A stretch of DNA of 64,000 nt from an uncultured Candidatus Binatia bacterium (GTDB lineage Bacteria; Desulfobacterota; Binatia; UBA9968; JAJDTQ01), in the NCBI GenBank assembly GCA_965213675.1, contig OZ243916.1, positions 160,001 through 224,000 of the forward strand, written 5' to 3'. A program made the position numbers and the translations under genes. Under the pieces are notes generated by a model, which was given only the letters and a program-made list of their open reading frames with translations, was not told the DNA's origin and ran no database searches. Below, piece after piece: positions 47,117 to 56,077 of this stretch (the stretch's first letter is position 1; each line of letters starts with the position of its first letter).

Positions 47117-50100
47117 CTACTGTGACAACTCCCGGAAGTAGCGTTCGATCTGTTCCCTGAATTGTTCGGGCACGCCCTCCTTGAGCGATTCCAGGACCTC
47201 CTCGCGGAAGCGGTCGGGCCGGTAGTCGTCCTTGCCGGGCAGCTTGAACTTTTCCGTATCCAGTCCGGTGAGGTTGTCGTCGATGTCGTGCTCGGGGAAC
47301 TGGGGCGCGCCGGTCGGAGGCAGGAACTCGCCCGAGGGCAGGAACCGGCCCCGGCGGAAGACGTTCACCAGCGGGACGCGGCCGAAGCGGCCACGCTGCG
47401 CCATCCGCTGCATCGCCTGCTGCATCTGCTGACTCGACTGGGACAGGCGGCTGATGGCCTCCAGCTCGGGCGGAATGGCTTCCCCTGGGCGCAGCGAGCC
47501 CAATTCGTGTTGCGCCTCGCCCATGAACTCCCGCGCTTCGGCGATGCCGTTGACGATCTTCGGGTCGAGGGAAGGGAAGAGCTGGAACAGGTGCCGGAGG
47601 CGGGCGACGAGGTCGCGGGTGCGGCGCTCCAGTACGTCCTCGCGCGTGGCCAGCGAGCGCGTGGCCTCCTTCTGTTCGGGCGTCAGCTCGGGACCGGGGA
47701 GGGCGGCGATGGCCTCGTAGGCGCGCGTCAATTCGGTCAGGATGGCCAAGGCGGCGTTCTGCGCGGTGTCCAGTTCGCCCATTCCCGCCAGCTCTCCGAT
47801 TGCCGGTTCAAGCCGCTTGGACAGCGTGTCGAAGTCGCGGTTCTTCAGCATGTCGCGCAGTCCTGTCAGGAGCCCCCGGACGGCTTCCTGGCGCTCCCGT
47901 TCCGCCGGCGTGCGTTGGCTGTCGCTTTCCAGGTCGGGGGCGGCCAGCAGGTGCTCCAGCACCGCCAAGTCGGTTTGCGCTGCAGCCGCAAGTTCCCGTG
48001 TGGCCTGCTCGCGGAGATCCTCCAACTTCCCGGTGGCCTCCTTGTGGGTGCGTTCCGTGTCCAGGAGAATCTGCTGCTGTTCCTGCAGGATCTCCATGAG
48101 CTCGTTGCCGGACTGATTCATGGCCCCCTGCATGCGCGACATCATTTGGCCTTGGGCCTGTTGCTGTCCGCTGCGCAGCATGGCCGCCAACTGCGCCATC
48201 TGGTTGAACATCTCCCGCGCCATCTGCAACGCGCCCTCGATGTCGCCTTCCTGGAGCTTCTGGCGGATCTGCTCCATCATGGAGCGCATGTCCGAGAAGG
48301 GCATGTTGCGCATGGACGACGGGTTGACGAACTCGTTGGGCATCTGCCGCGCGAACTGCATGAGCGAAGCCTGAAGCTCCTGGAGCTGCTGCGCCATTCG
48401 GGACAGCTCCTGGAGTACTTCGTCGAGCTCCTTGTTGCCGCTCCGCAGCTTCTCCAGCGACTCCAGGAATCTCTCCTGGTTCTTGGCCATGTCGCGGGCG
48501 GTGGCGGCCATGTCCTGGCTGGTCATCCGGCGGCTCACGTCCTCGCTCAGCATGGAGAGCCGTTCCAACTCCGTGGCCATGGCGTCGTGGGCATGTTCGC
48601 GTTCTTCCGGCGACGCTGCCGCGCGCATCCGCTCCAGCAGGTCCTCCCGCGCATGTTGGAGGTTGCGCTTCAGGGTCTCCAGGTCGGACCATGTGGCGAA
48701 GTCGCTGATGCGGTCCTCACGCGTGCGCTGCAAGGTGTCGTCCACGCGCTGCATCATCCGGTCGAGTCCCCCGGCCAGCCGCTCAATCGGTGGGTCGGCC
48801 GCCTGCACGTCACCGTCCGCCTGGCCCGGCGGCGCCTCCAGGTGGTCGCCCAGGAGGTCCACCATCTTGTCCGAGATGTCGCGGATCATCTCCGCGACCT
48901 GGCGATGCTCGGCCTTGAGGTTCTTGAGGCGCAGGCTCAGCGGGCGCGACTTGCCCAGTTTCGGGCCCGAAATGGTGTCGTTGTCCTGAACCTCGAGGTG
49001 ATAGACCACGACGTCGCCTTCCTCCAGGCGCATGCCGTCGAGATCCCAGATGAAGGTCTCCCGGAGCTCCCGCGCCAGATCGGCGCGCCACACGGGAATG
49101 CGCTCCTCGCGCTCGCCGATGGTGGCCACGAGCGTGATCTCCTGGAGGCCGTAGTCGTCGCTGGCGCGGTACTCCAGGGCGATGCGTTCGTCGCCGTTCA
49201 CCTCCAGGTCTTCCGCGGGCTTCAGCAGTTCCACCACCGGAAAACCGTCGGGCACGGCGTGCATGGCGTAGGGAATCGGAAGGTTCTCGAAGCCGAAGGC
49301 GTCTTCGATCCGGATGCGGTATGGCTGCGAGCGGAACAGCACGAGGCTCCCCTGGACCACGTCGCCGGTGACCTTGAGCGGCACCTCCCGGCCGTCGTCC
49401 AGGGCCAGCACGGCTCCGGACACATCCTTGTTGGCGGTGGCCGAGAAGTTCAAGGTGGAGCCCTTGATGCCGCGCACGTTGCCGCCGGTGAAGGTCTGGT
49501 CCGGCAGGCCGGTGTAGTGGGGTGGGTAGAGGGTGACCCTGAGGCCGGTCACGGCCGGACGGTCCACCGCGGTGATCCGGTACCAGGGCGAGGCGAAGGG
49601 CCCGGTTGCCACGCGATAGTCCAGGTCCTCGTTCACCTCCGGCAGCGCCACCGCGTAGCGGTTTCCCGCGCCGGCATCGCCGCCGGGTTTCATGGCTACG
49701 GTCCGGGCCGCTTCGTCGTCGCCGCCGTGCGCGGAGGGCGGCCGCCTGAATGCGAGATGGACCGCGTCCGGCTGCGCGCCGGATGTGACGGCCTCCACCG
49801 AGACCGCGGCGCCGCGGATGACGCGGGCGTCGCCGGTCACGACCTCGATGAATATCTCCGCGGGAGGCAAGTGCTCCAGCGGATGCGCCACCAGCGCCAG
49901 CGTGCGTGCGGGGAACCCCGGATGCCACAGGGCCAGCGCGAGGACCGGGGCCGCGGCCAGGGCCAGGATACGCGCCTTGGCCCGGAGCGGCCGGACGTCC
50001 ACCAGTTCAGAGGGTTGCATGTCGCCGATCTGCGTACGGGTCTGACGGATGAGCGCGAGGATCATCGGGGTCGAGACCCCGGCGGCAGGGTCCGGGCCCT

Positions 50101-50440
50101 TGATCTGCGGGTAGAGTTGCAGGGAGTTGATCAGGTTGTTGCGCAGTTCCGGGCGTTGCCGCTCGATGGCGCGCGCCGCCCACGCCAGGCCGCGCGGGCG
50201 CAGGAACGAGTAAAGGGTGAATACCGCCAGCCCCAGCAGGATCAGTATGGAGCCGACGCTGAAGACCAGGGGCGCGTAGAGCAGCCGCTCCTTCACCATG
50301 TCGACGCCAATGCCCAGCGCACCCAGCACCGCCAGCGCGGTGCCCGCGAGGCAAAGTGCTTCCAGCCCTTCGACGTTTCTCAGCCGGGTCACGAACTTCC
50401 TCAGGAATTCGTCGATGGGACGGTATTCTTCTTCGTGCAA
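47117..50440 (-). CDS. DUF4175 family large coiled-coil membrane protein
   Basis: LRNNLINSLQL, ASDDYGL, DNDTISGPK, Gln/Met-rich coiled coil, C-terminal P..FREQIERYF..L; TTG start inferred at 50440. Confidence 0.82.
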   Translation of the reverse strand: MHEEEYRPIDEFLRKFVTRLRNVEGLEALCLAGTALAVLGALGIGVDMVKERLLYAPLVFSVGSILILLGLAVFTLYSFLRPRGLAWAARAIERQRPELRNNLINSLQLYPQIKGPDPAAGVSTPMILALIRQTRTQIGDMQPSELVDVRPLRAKARILALAAAPVLALALWHPGFPARTLALVAHPLEHLPPAEIFIEVVTGDARVIRGAAVSVEAVTSGAQPDAVHLAFRRPPSAHGGDDEAARTVAMKPGGDAGAGNRYAVALPEVNEDLDYRVATGPFASPWYRITAVDRPAVTGLRVTLYPPHYTGLPDQTFTGGNVRGIKGSTLNFSATANKDVSGAVLALDDGREVPLKVTGDVVQGSLVLFRSQPYRIRIEDAFGFENLPIPYAMHAVPDGFPVVELLKPAEDLEVNGDERIALEYRASDDYGLQEITLVATIGEREERIPVWRADLARELRETFIWDLDGMRLEEGDVVVYHLEVQDNDTISGPKLGKSRPLSLRLKNLKAEHRQVAEMIRDISDKMVDLLGDHLEAPPGQADGDVQAADPPIERLAGGLDRMMQRVDDTLQRTREDRISDFATWSDLETLKRNLQHAREDLLERMRAAASPEEREHAHDAMATELERLSMLSEDVSRRMTSQDMAATARDMAKNQERFLESLEKLRSGNKELDEVLQELSRMAQQLQELQASLMQFARQMPNEFVNPSSMRNMPFSDMRSMMEQIRQKLQEGDIEGALQMAREMFNQMAQLAAMLRSGQQQAQGQMMSRMQGAMNQSGNELMEILQEQQQILLDTERTHKEATGKLEDLREQATRELAAAAQTDLAVLEHLLAAPDLESDSQRTPAERERQEAVRGLLTGLRDMLKNRDFDTLSKRLEPAIGELAGMGELDTAQNAALAILTELTRAYEAIAALPGPELTPEQKEATRSLATREDVLERRTRDLVARLRHLFQLFPSLDPKIVNGIAEAREFMGEAQHELGSLRPGEAIPPELEAISRLSQSSQQMQQAMQRMAQRGRFGRVPLVNVFRRGRFLPSGEFLPPTGAPQFPEHDIDDNLTGLDTEKFKLPGKDDYRPDRFREEVLESLKEGVPEQFREQIERYFRELSQ

Positions 50441-50607
50441 GGGAGATTCCTTCCCGGCGCCAGAGCGCGGTCGGCCTTGAAGGGCGGATTCCGTGCGTTC
50501 GGCACGAGTCCAAAGTATGCGATTCATTCTAGAGTGTTTTCTCCGTTTGACAAGCGCTCTCGACCGTGGGTGTTGGCGCCCTTCGGCGGCCATGCTTTGT
50601 CGCGGCC

Positions 50608-50644
50608 ACGTCAAACGGCAACGTCAAACGGTAAGTTCAAAGGG
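50608..50644 (+). repeat. 13-bp-period direct repeat (ACGTCAAACGG twice plus a degenerate third copy)
   Basis: ACGTCAAACGGCA ACGTCAAACGGTA AGTTCAAAGGG in the divergent intergenic region. Confidence 0.6.
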
Positions 50645-50768
50645 TTGGCGTCAGGGAGACGGGGGCGTGGACGCTCCTGGACTTGGGCTCCTTAAACTGG
50701 AAAGCGGTCGGGGCTTGTGTTACGCCTGTGACTTGGCTTTCCGAAACGCGTTGCGCGGGAATCTCTTC

Positions 50769-50843
50769 CCAAGTCTCGTAAGCCCGGGTCCTGAAAGCCC
50801 ATGTCTCTAGAGTCCAAGTCCCGAGAACCCAAGTCCCGAGAGC
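50769..50843 (+). repeat. Five degenerate 15-bp tandem units
   Basis: CCAAGTCTCGTAAGC / CCGGGTCCTGAAAGC / CCATGTCTCTAGAGT / CCAAGTCCCGAGAAC / CCAAGTCCCGAGAGC. Confidence 0.75.
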
Positions 50844-50885
50844 CTGTTTCCCCGACGGCCCAATCCCCGAAAGGAACCCTGTTGA

Positions 50886-52472
50886 ATGGACCGCGATCCC
50901 TTTGAGCTGCCTCTCCTGTGTCACGAAGGACATGAAGATCACGACCACGACGACACGCCGCTGCCCGATGAGGACCACCCCATGTGGCGGTCCGAGCGCA
51001 TCTCGCTGACTTCGGTCGGCATCGACATCGGCTCGTCCACCTCCCATCTCATCTTTTCCAGGCTGCTGCTGCGCCGCCAGGGCATCTCTTTGTCGAGCCG
51101 CTTCGTGGTGGTGAGCCGCGACATCGTCTACGAGTCGCCGATCCTGCTGACCCCGTACGTGGACAAGCTCACCATCGACACGGCGAAACTCAACGATTTC
51201 ATCCACGACGCCTACGCGCGCGCGGGTCTCACCCGGCAGGATGTCGATACCGGCGCGCTCATCGTCACCGGCGAGGCGGCCAAGAAGAAGAACGCCGAGG
51301 CCATCGCGGCCTTGTTTTCCGAGGAGGCGGGCAAGTTCGTGTGCGCCACCGCCGGGCACAACCTCGAAGCCATTCTGGCGGCCTTTGGCTCCGGGGCCGT
51401 GGAGCTTTCGAACCAGAGCGAGGGCCACGCGTGCATGAACGTGGACATCGGCGGCGGCACCAGCAAGATCGCCATTACCCGCGGGGGGCAGGTAGTGGAC
51501 ACCGCGGCGCTGGAGGTGGGCGCGCGGCTGGTGGCGTTGGACGGTGAGCAGCGAATCAACCGCCTGGAGGACGCGGGCGCGCGTATCGGTGCGGCCAACG
51601 GCCTGTCGCTGGCGCTGGGCCAGATCCTGGCCGAGGCTGACAAGGAGCGCATGGCCGAGACCCTCAGCGGCTGTCTCCTGGAAGTGCTGGGCCGCGGCCC
51701 GCTGTCGCCGCTGACCCGGGAGATGATGCTCACGCCGGCGCTGTCCTACGAGGGTCCGATCCATGCCCTCCAGTTCTCGGGCGGGGTGTCGGAGTATGTC
51801 TACGGCTACGAGACCGCGGACAAAGGGGACCTGGGCAACCATGTGGGACGGAAGATCCGCACCGGCGCGGTGGAGCTGTCGACCCGGGAGTCGTGGCAGT
51901 TCAAGGAGCCCGAGGTGCGCATCCGCGCCACGGTTATCGGCGCGTCACAGTACACGGTGCAGGTGAGTGGCAACACGATCTTCCTGTCCGACGACTCGGT
52001 CCTGCCGCTGCGGAATCTACAGGTGATCACCCCGCATTTCCGCCAGACCGAACCGCTGACGGCCGAGGACGTCAGCAGCGCCATCGAGCGCGCGCTCCAG
52101 CGCTTCGACATGACCGACGGCGACCGCGGCGCGGCCTTGGCGCTCAACTGGGACCTGGGTCCCTCCTATCCCCTCCTCAAGACCCTGGCCACCGGGTTGG
52201 TGGACGGCATGCGTGAGCATCTCCACCGAGGCAATCACCTCGTGCTGGTTTTCGATGCCGACATCGCCAAGCTCGTGGGCAACATCATCGACAAGGAGGT
52301 CCGTCCCGGAACCGGCGTCATTTCCATCGACGGCATCGACCTCAAGGACTTCGACTTCATTGACATCGGCGAGGAGTTGGCTGACGCCAAGGCCGTGCCG
52401 GTGGTAATCAAGTCGCTCATCTTCCGCCACGAGGAGTGGGGCCGCGGGCGTTTGCTGACCGGCGACTGTTGA
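50886..52472 (+). CDS. eutA: EutA family (ethanolamine ammonia-lyase reactivating factor-like) ATPase
   Basis: SVGIDIGSSTS.L.FSRL, TGA.IVTGEAA.K.NA, FV.ATAG.NLE, NVDIGGGTS, IRATVIGA, PVVIKSL.F. Confidence 0.85.
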   Translation: MDRDPFELPLLCHEGHEDHDHDDTPLPDEDHPMWRSERISLTSVGIDIGSSTSHLIFSRLLLRRQGISLSSRFVVVSRDIVYESPILLTPYVDKLTIDTAKLNDFIHDAYARAGLTRQDVDTGALIVTGEAAKKKNAEAIAALFSEEAGKFVCATAGHNLEAILAAFGSGAVELSNQSEGHACMNVDIGGGTSKIAITRGGQVVDTAALEVGARLVALDGEQRINRLEDAGARIGAANGLSLALGQILAEADKERMAETLSGCLLEVLGRGPLSPLTREMMLTPALSYEGPIHALQFSGGVSEYVYGYETADKGDLGNHVGRKIRTGAVELSTRESWQFKEPEVRIRATVIGASQYTVQVSGNTIFLSDDSVLPLRNLQVITPHFRQTEPLTAEDVSSAIERALQRFDMTDGDRGAALALNWDLGPSYPLLKTLATGLVDGMREHLHRGNHLVLVFDADIAKLVGNIIDKEVRPGTGVISIDGIDLKDFDFIDIGEELADAKAVPVVIKSLIFRHEEWGRGRLLTGDC

Positions 52473-52474
52473 CG

Positions 52475-52921
52475 TTACCGCCGCAACCTCCGCGACAGAA
52501 CGGCTTTCTCGCCTGCCCAGAGAAGGAGCGATGCGGCGCCGAGGAGTAGAGAGCCGAACCACAAACGCTCGGCGACGACAGGCTGGTTCCACCAAGCGGG
52601 GGGCGCCAACTTGACTGTGGCCAACGTGAGGAGAAATGCACCCGGCGCTGCATAAGGCATCCGCAACGGCGATACCAGTAACTTGTCGCAATCGAATGAC
52701 CCACGAATGACAAACAAGACGATTGCCATTATCAGAGTGCTTGGGAGCAGGACATAAAACGGCATGGGTTTACCGATCAAGTCAAAGCAGGCCATGGACA
52801 CGCACCAGACGGCGACACCGAGAGCAGTGTAGAAGCAGCATCTCAACAATCTCAAGTGTCTCTCCAGACCGTCCTGATCTCCGTTCCGTACTCGAAACGC
52901 GCCCAAGAATTCAATACTCAT
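52475..52921 (-). CDS. Small multi-pass membrane protein (candidate immunity protein)
   Basis: About 148 aa with four hydrophobic stretches; lower GC than the flanks; directly downstream of the Gly/Ala-rich peptide gene. Confidence 0.5.
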   Translation of the reverse strand: MSIEFLGAFRVRNGDQDGLERHLRLLRCCFYTALGVAVWCVSMACFDLIGKPMPFYVLLPSTLIMAIVLFVIRGSFDCDKLLVSPLRMPYAAPGAFLLTLATVKLAPPAWWNQPVVAERLWFGSLLLGAASLLLWAGEKAVLSRRLRR

Positions 52922-53025
52922 GTTTTGCGCCTTCGAAGGACACATGGTGGAACACCGGTGTCCCGGGTGGAAAGGGTGGGATGCGACTGTTGCAGCCGCA
53001 TCCCACAGGCACCGGACTGGCCAGA

Positions 53026-53397
53026 CTAACGACCTTCCAATATCGCGGGCAGCGTTGTCAAAGAGAACGTGTTCATCATCTCCCTGAATTCATCCGGATC
53101 GATCGAATCGGCGGCTTGGCCGAGTTCTTGCGGCGCCGCAGCGCACGCGTCGCTTGTCAGGGCACTGTGGACCGCTCCAGAGGCCAAGCCTCCAGCAGCT
53201 ACCGCGCCAACAATAACTGTCGCCGAACCAGCGGTTCCGGCCGTAGTCCCTCCGAAGATGGCGGTTCCGGCAGCGGTAGCGCCTTGTTCGACGGCTGCAC
53301 CTATGGCACCCGCCACGGCGCCTGCCTTGGCTCCTTTCTCAATGTCTTCCTTGCATTGCTCCACATTCGGCCGGTCTTGCTCGAAAAGAGCCACCAT
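53026..53397 (-). CDS. Gly/Ala-rich glycine-zipper peptide (bacteriocin/microcin-like); 5' end possibly frameshifted
   Basis: GAKAGAVAGAIGAAV...GGTTAGTAGSA..VGAVAAGGLASGAV core bracketed by two Cys; a strong SD at 53466-53472 is followed by ATG-TGA. Confidence 0.6.
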   Translation of the reverse strand: MVALFEQDRPNVEQCKEDIEKGAKAGAVAGAIGAAVEQGATAAGTAIFGGTTAGTAGSATVIVGAVAAGGLASGAVHSALTSDACAAAPQELGQAADSIDPDEFREMMNTFSLTTLPAILEGR

Positions 53398-53602
53398 TTG
53401 CTCGCCGAATTCCTGACGGCAACGCCGCTATCGTCGCAAGTTTCGGTGAGTCACATTACGTGCGTCCTCCTTGTGGGGTTTCTCTCGTCATTGTCCAATA
53501 GCCGGCTACCATTATTGTAATCAAGCATATAGACGAAAACTTTAACGAAAATTCTCTAGGAGCGCCGGTTTTTTGCGAGAAGCAAGAATTTTTGTGTGAA
53601 TT

Positions 53603-54604
53603 TTACGCCGACAACTTCTTCGCGTTCTCTTTGCGCCGGAGGGAGATGGGGTGCTCGGGGTGAAGGGGTCTGAAGTGGGCCATGGAGAGCCAGACTCTCA
53701 GGAGGTGGCGCTCGGAGTCGTCGCCGGTGAACCGGGTGCGTGTGTGCAGCACCACGTGGTTGTTGAAATACTCGATGTCTCCGGGGCGGAGTTCCAGTGA
53801 GACCGCTACCCGGTCCGCGACCTTGTTGAAGACATCCAGAGCCTTCTTCTGCGCCACGGTCAGTTCGGCCACGCCCGCGAGTCTTTGCGCGCGCTTGATG
53901 TGCACGGGATAGGCGCAGGCGTTGAAAACGCCATCGCGGAGGCTCACGAACGGCAGGCGGGTCCAGTGGTGGCCGTAGTCCGGATGAGGCTCCTGCAGCG
54001 CCACCTGGAAGGGGCGGATGAGGACGCGCAGTTCATCGGGATGGTCGGCTGCCATGACGTTGTAGACGGTGGCGGCGCTGGCGAACCGCCGGGTGCCGCC
54101 GTGGCGCGCGGGGCGCAGGCACAGGAATCCGATCACGTCCTCGAGATCGGCGTGGAAGGGAAGGGTCCCGGCGGTGCGGAAGCCCAAACCGTGCCGATTG
54201 TCGTCCTTCCCGGCACGCACGTGGGCGAGCCGGACCCCCTCGGGTTGTTCCATGGGCTCACCCAGACGCCGGCTCAACGCCATGAACACGGTAGCCGCCT
54301 CCTGTTCCGTCCATCTCCCAACCGGTAGCCCGCGCAGGATCCGGAGCCCCACGCCTGACCGTAGCTCACGCTCGGTCCGTCCCATCTGCCAGGCGAGGAA
54401 GGAACCTTCCGGCGCCAGGGAGTGCTCGCCTTGAAGGCCGGCGCGCGCGGTGGCCGACAATTCCGCCAGTTCGTTGGGGGTGAGATCGTGCAGCCAACCG
54501 GGCGACCCGGCGAGGTCGGATGGCGTCCAGGCCGCGGAGTCGGACGTCCGCGGGAACTCTTCGGCAAGTGGATCGGTGGAACCGGCGCTGATTTCCGTAT
54601 GCAT
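53603..54604 (-). CDS. TauD/TfdA family Fe(II)/2-oxoglutarate dioxygenase
   Basis: G..ILRGLP, FHAD (HxD), LCLRPA..GG, GDI...NN..VLH.RT.F, RHLLRVWL; the ATG abuts the HlyD stop codon. Confidence 0.88.
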   Translation of the reverse strand: MHTEISAGSTDPLAEEFPRTSDSAAWTPSDLAGSPGWLHDLTPNELAELSATARAGLQGEHSLAPEGSFLAWQMGRTERELRSGVGLRILRGLPVGRWTEQEAATVFMALSRRLGEPMEQPEGVRLAHVRAGKDDNRHGLGFRTAGTLPFHADLEDVIGFLCLRPARHGGTRRFASAATVYNVMAADHPDELRVLIRPFQVALQEPHPDYGHHWTRLPFVSLRDGVFNACAYPVHIKRAQRLAGVAELTVAQKKALDVFNKVADRVAVSLELRPGDIEYFNNHVVLHTRTRFTGDDSERHLLRVWLSMAHFRPLHPEHPISLRRKENAKKLSA

Positions 54605-55948
54605 CTACTTCTCCCGGAATGCGTCCTGCCGGTAGCCCCGGAGAGGCTGAAGGACGTATTCGATGACGCGTTGTTTGCCCAGGATGACCGCAGCCTCGGA
54701 CGACATGCCGGGCAACAGGCTGATCTTCCGGCCCTCCACTTCCATGTAGTTTTGATCGAGGTCGATGAGGGCTTTGAACGCGGGACCCCCCTGAACACTT
54801 CCGGACTGGGCGGCCGGTGCTCCTGACGCGCCCGCCGCCGCGCTCGCGAACTCCGGGCCGCCGCCCAGCGCCCCCGCGTTCACGGCGTCCTTGCCGATGT
54901 GGCGCACCGTGCCTTCGATGGCGCCGTAGCGGCGAAAATCGAAGGTGGTCACCTTGAGCGTGACCCGTTGGCCGGGCTTGACGAAGCCGATGTCGGCGTT
55001 GGCGATGAAAGCCTCCACCTGGATCCCGGCGTTGCGGGGCACAATCACCATGAGGCGGGCGCCCGGTTCCACCATGCCGTCTTCGGTATGCACCGCGAGG
55101 TCCTGAACGACTCCATCCACCGGCGCCCGCAGGGTGTGGCGCGTGCGAAGTTCACGGGACTGACGAATATCCTCCCGCAGGACGAGGATCCTTTCGCGCA
55201 CGGCCGCCAGGCTGGCGCGGCGTTCACGGTAGAACTCCGAGATGGTCCGTTGCTTCTGCGCCTCGATTCCGGCCAACGCCGCTCTGGCCTCGTCCAGTTC
55301 CCTCTGGCGCAACGCCGTGTTGCCCTCCAACTCCACCAGACGTTCCTGCTCGTCGATGAAGGCGAGCCGCGAGCCATGGTTGTCGCGGTACAGGGTCTCG
55401 CGCATGGCGGTTCGTTCGCGCAGGATGGGCAGCAGCCGGCGATGCTTGGCCAGCGCCGCCTCCAGGGTCCGGATCTGTGCCCGCCGCTCGGCCATCCGGT
55501 TGTCGAGCTCTCGCAGGTGCGCGCGGTGGGACGCGACCTGATCCGCCAACAGTGCTTCGTTGATGGAGATGATTTCCGGCGGCGCGCCGGCGGGCGGGTG
55601 GAATTCACGACCTTCGCGCCAGGCCACGAGCGCCTCCAGGCGCGCGGCTTCCACCGACCGGGTGTGCAGTTCGGCCGTACGCTTGGAGATCTCGGCGTCC
55701 ACGAGGGTGGTGTCGAACTCGATGAGGACATCGTCGCGCCCGACCGGACTGCCTTCCTCCACGGCGATGCGCCGGATCTTTCCGGCCTCGAAGGACCGGA
55801 TCACCTTCACCTGCCCGGTGGGAACGATCCGTCCCGGCGCCACCGCCGCGAGTTCGACCTCCGCCACTGACGCCCATGCGAGTGTCCCCACGAGAAAGAG
55901 ACACAACGCTACGAGCAGGAGTATGTCATTGTGATGCGCCTTGCCCAT
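54605..55948 (-). CDS. HlyD family type I secretion periplasmic adaptor subunit
   Basis: N-terminal TM, A.G.IVP.G.VK.I, V.EG..V...DVLI..D, coiled coil, LRAPVDG.V, DIGFV..GQ, F.F.RYG.I.G.V, PGM, IEY.L.P......A.RE. Confidence 0.93.
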   Translation of the reverse strand: MGKAHHNDILLLVALCLFLVGTLAWASVAEVELAAVAPGRIVPTGQVKVIRSFEAGKIRRIAVEEGSPVGRDDVLIEFDTTLVDAEISKRTAELHTRSVEAARLEALVAWREGREFHPPAGAPPEIISINEALLADQVASHRAHLRELDNRMAERRAQIRTLEAALAKHRRLLPILRERTAMRETLYRDNHGSRLAFIDEQERLVELEGNTALRQRELDEARAALAGIEAQKQRTISEFYRERRASLAAVRERILVLREDIRQSRELRTRHTLRAPVDGVVQDLAVHTEDGMVEPGARLMVIVPRNAGIQVEAFIANADIGFVKPGQRVTLKVTTFDFRRYGAIEGTVRHIGKDAVNAGALGGGPEFASAAAGASGAPAAQSGSVQGGPAFKALIDLDQNYMEVEGRKISLLPGMSSEAAVILGKQRVIEYVLQPLRGYRQDAFREK

Positions 55949-56077
55949 CGACGGGTTCTCTCCTTCCGGCTGGCATGGCCCGAGTTCGCCTGCCTCACAG
56001 GTACAGATCGACCCCATGGAATCGAACTTTAGCGCTCCGGAAAGATTAATCGTCGAGGAACGAAGATCGGGTGCTAG

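Noticed and set aside
50769-50843. Mini-CRISPR
   Set aside because: 15-bp contiguous degenerate units with no spacers.
52723-53520. 265-aa + strand ORF across the peptide locus
   Set aside because: No motifs, and it overlaps two more plausible minus-strand genes that are co-oriented with hlyD-tauD and have an SD.
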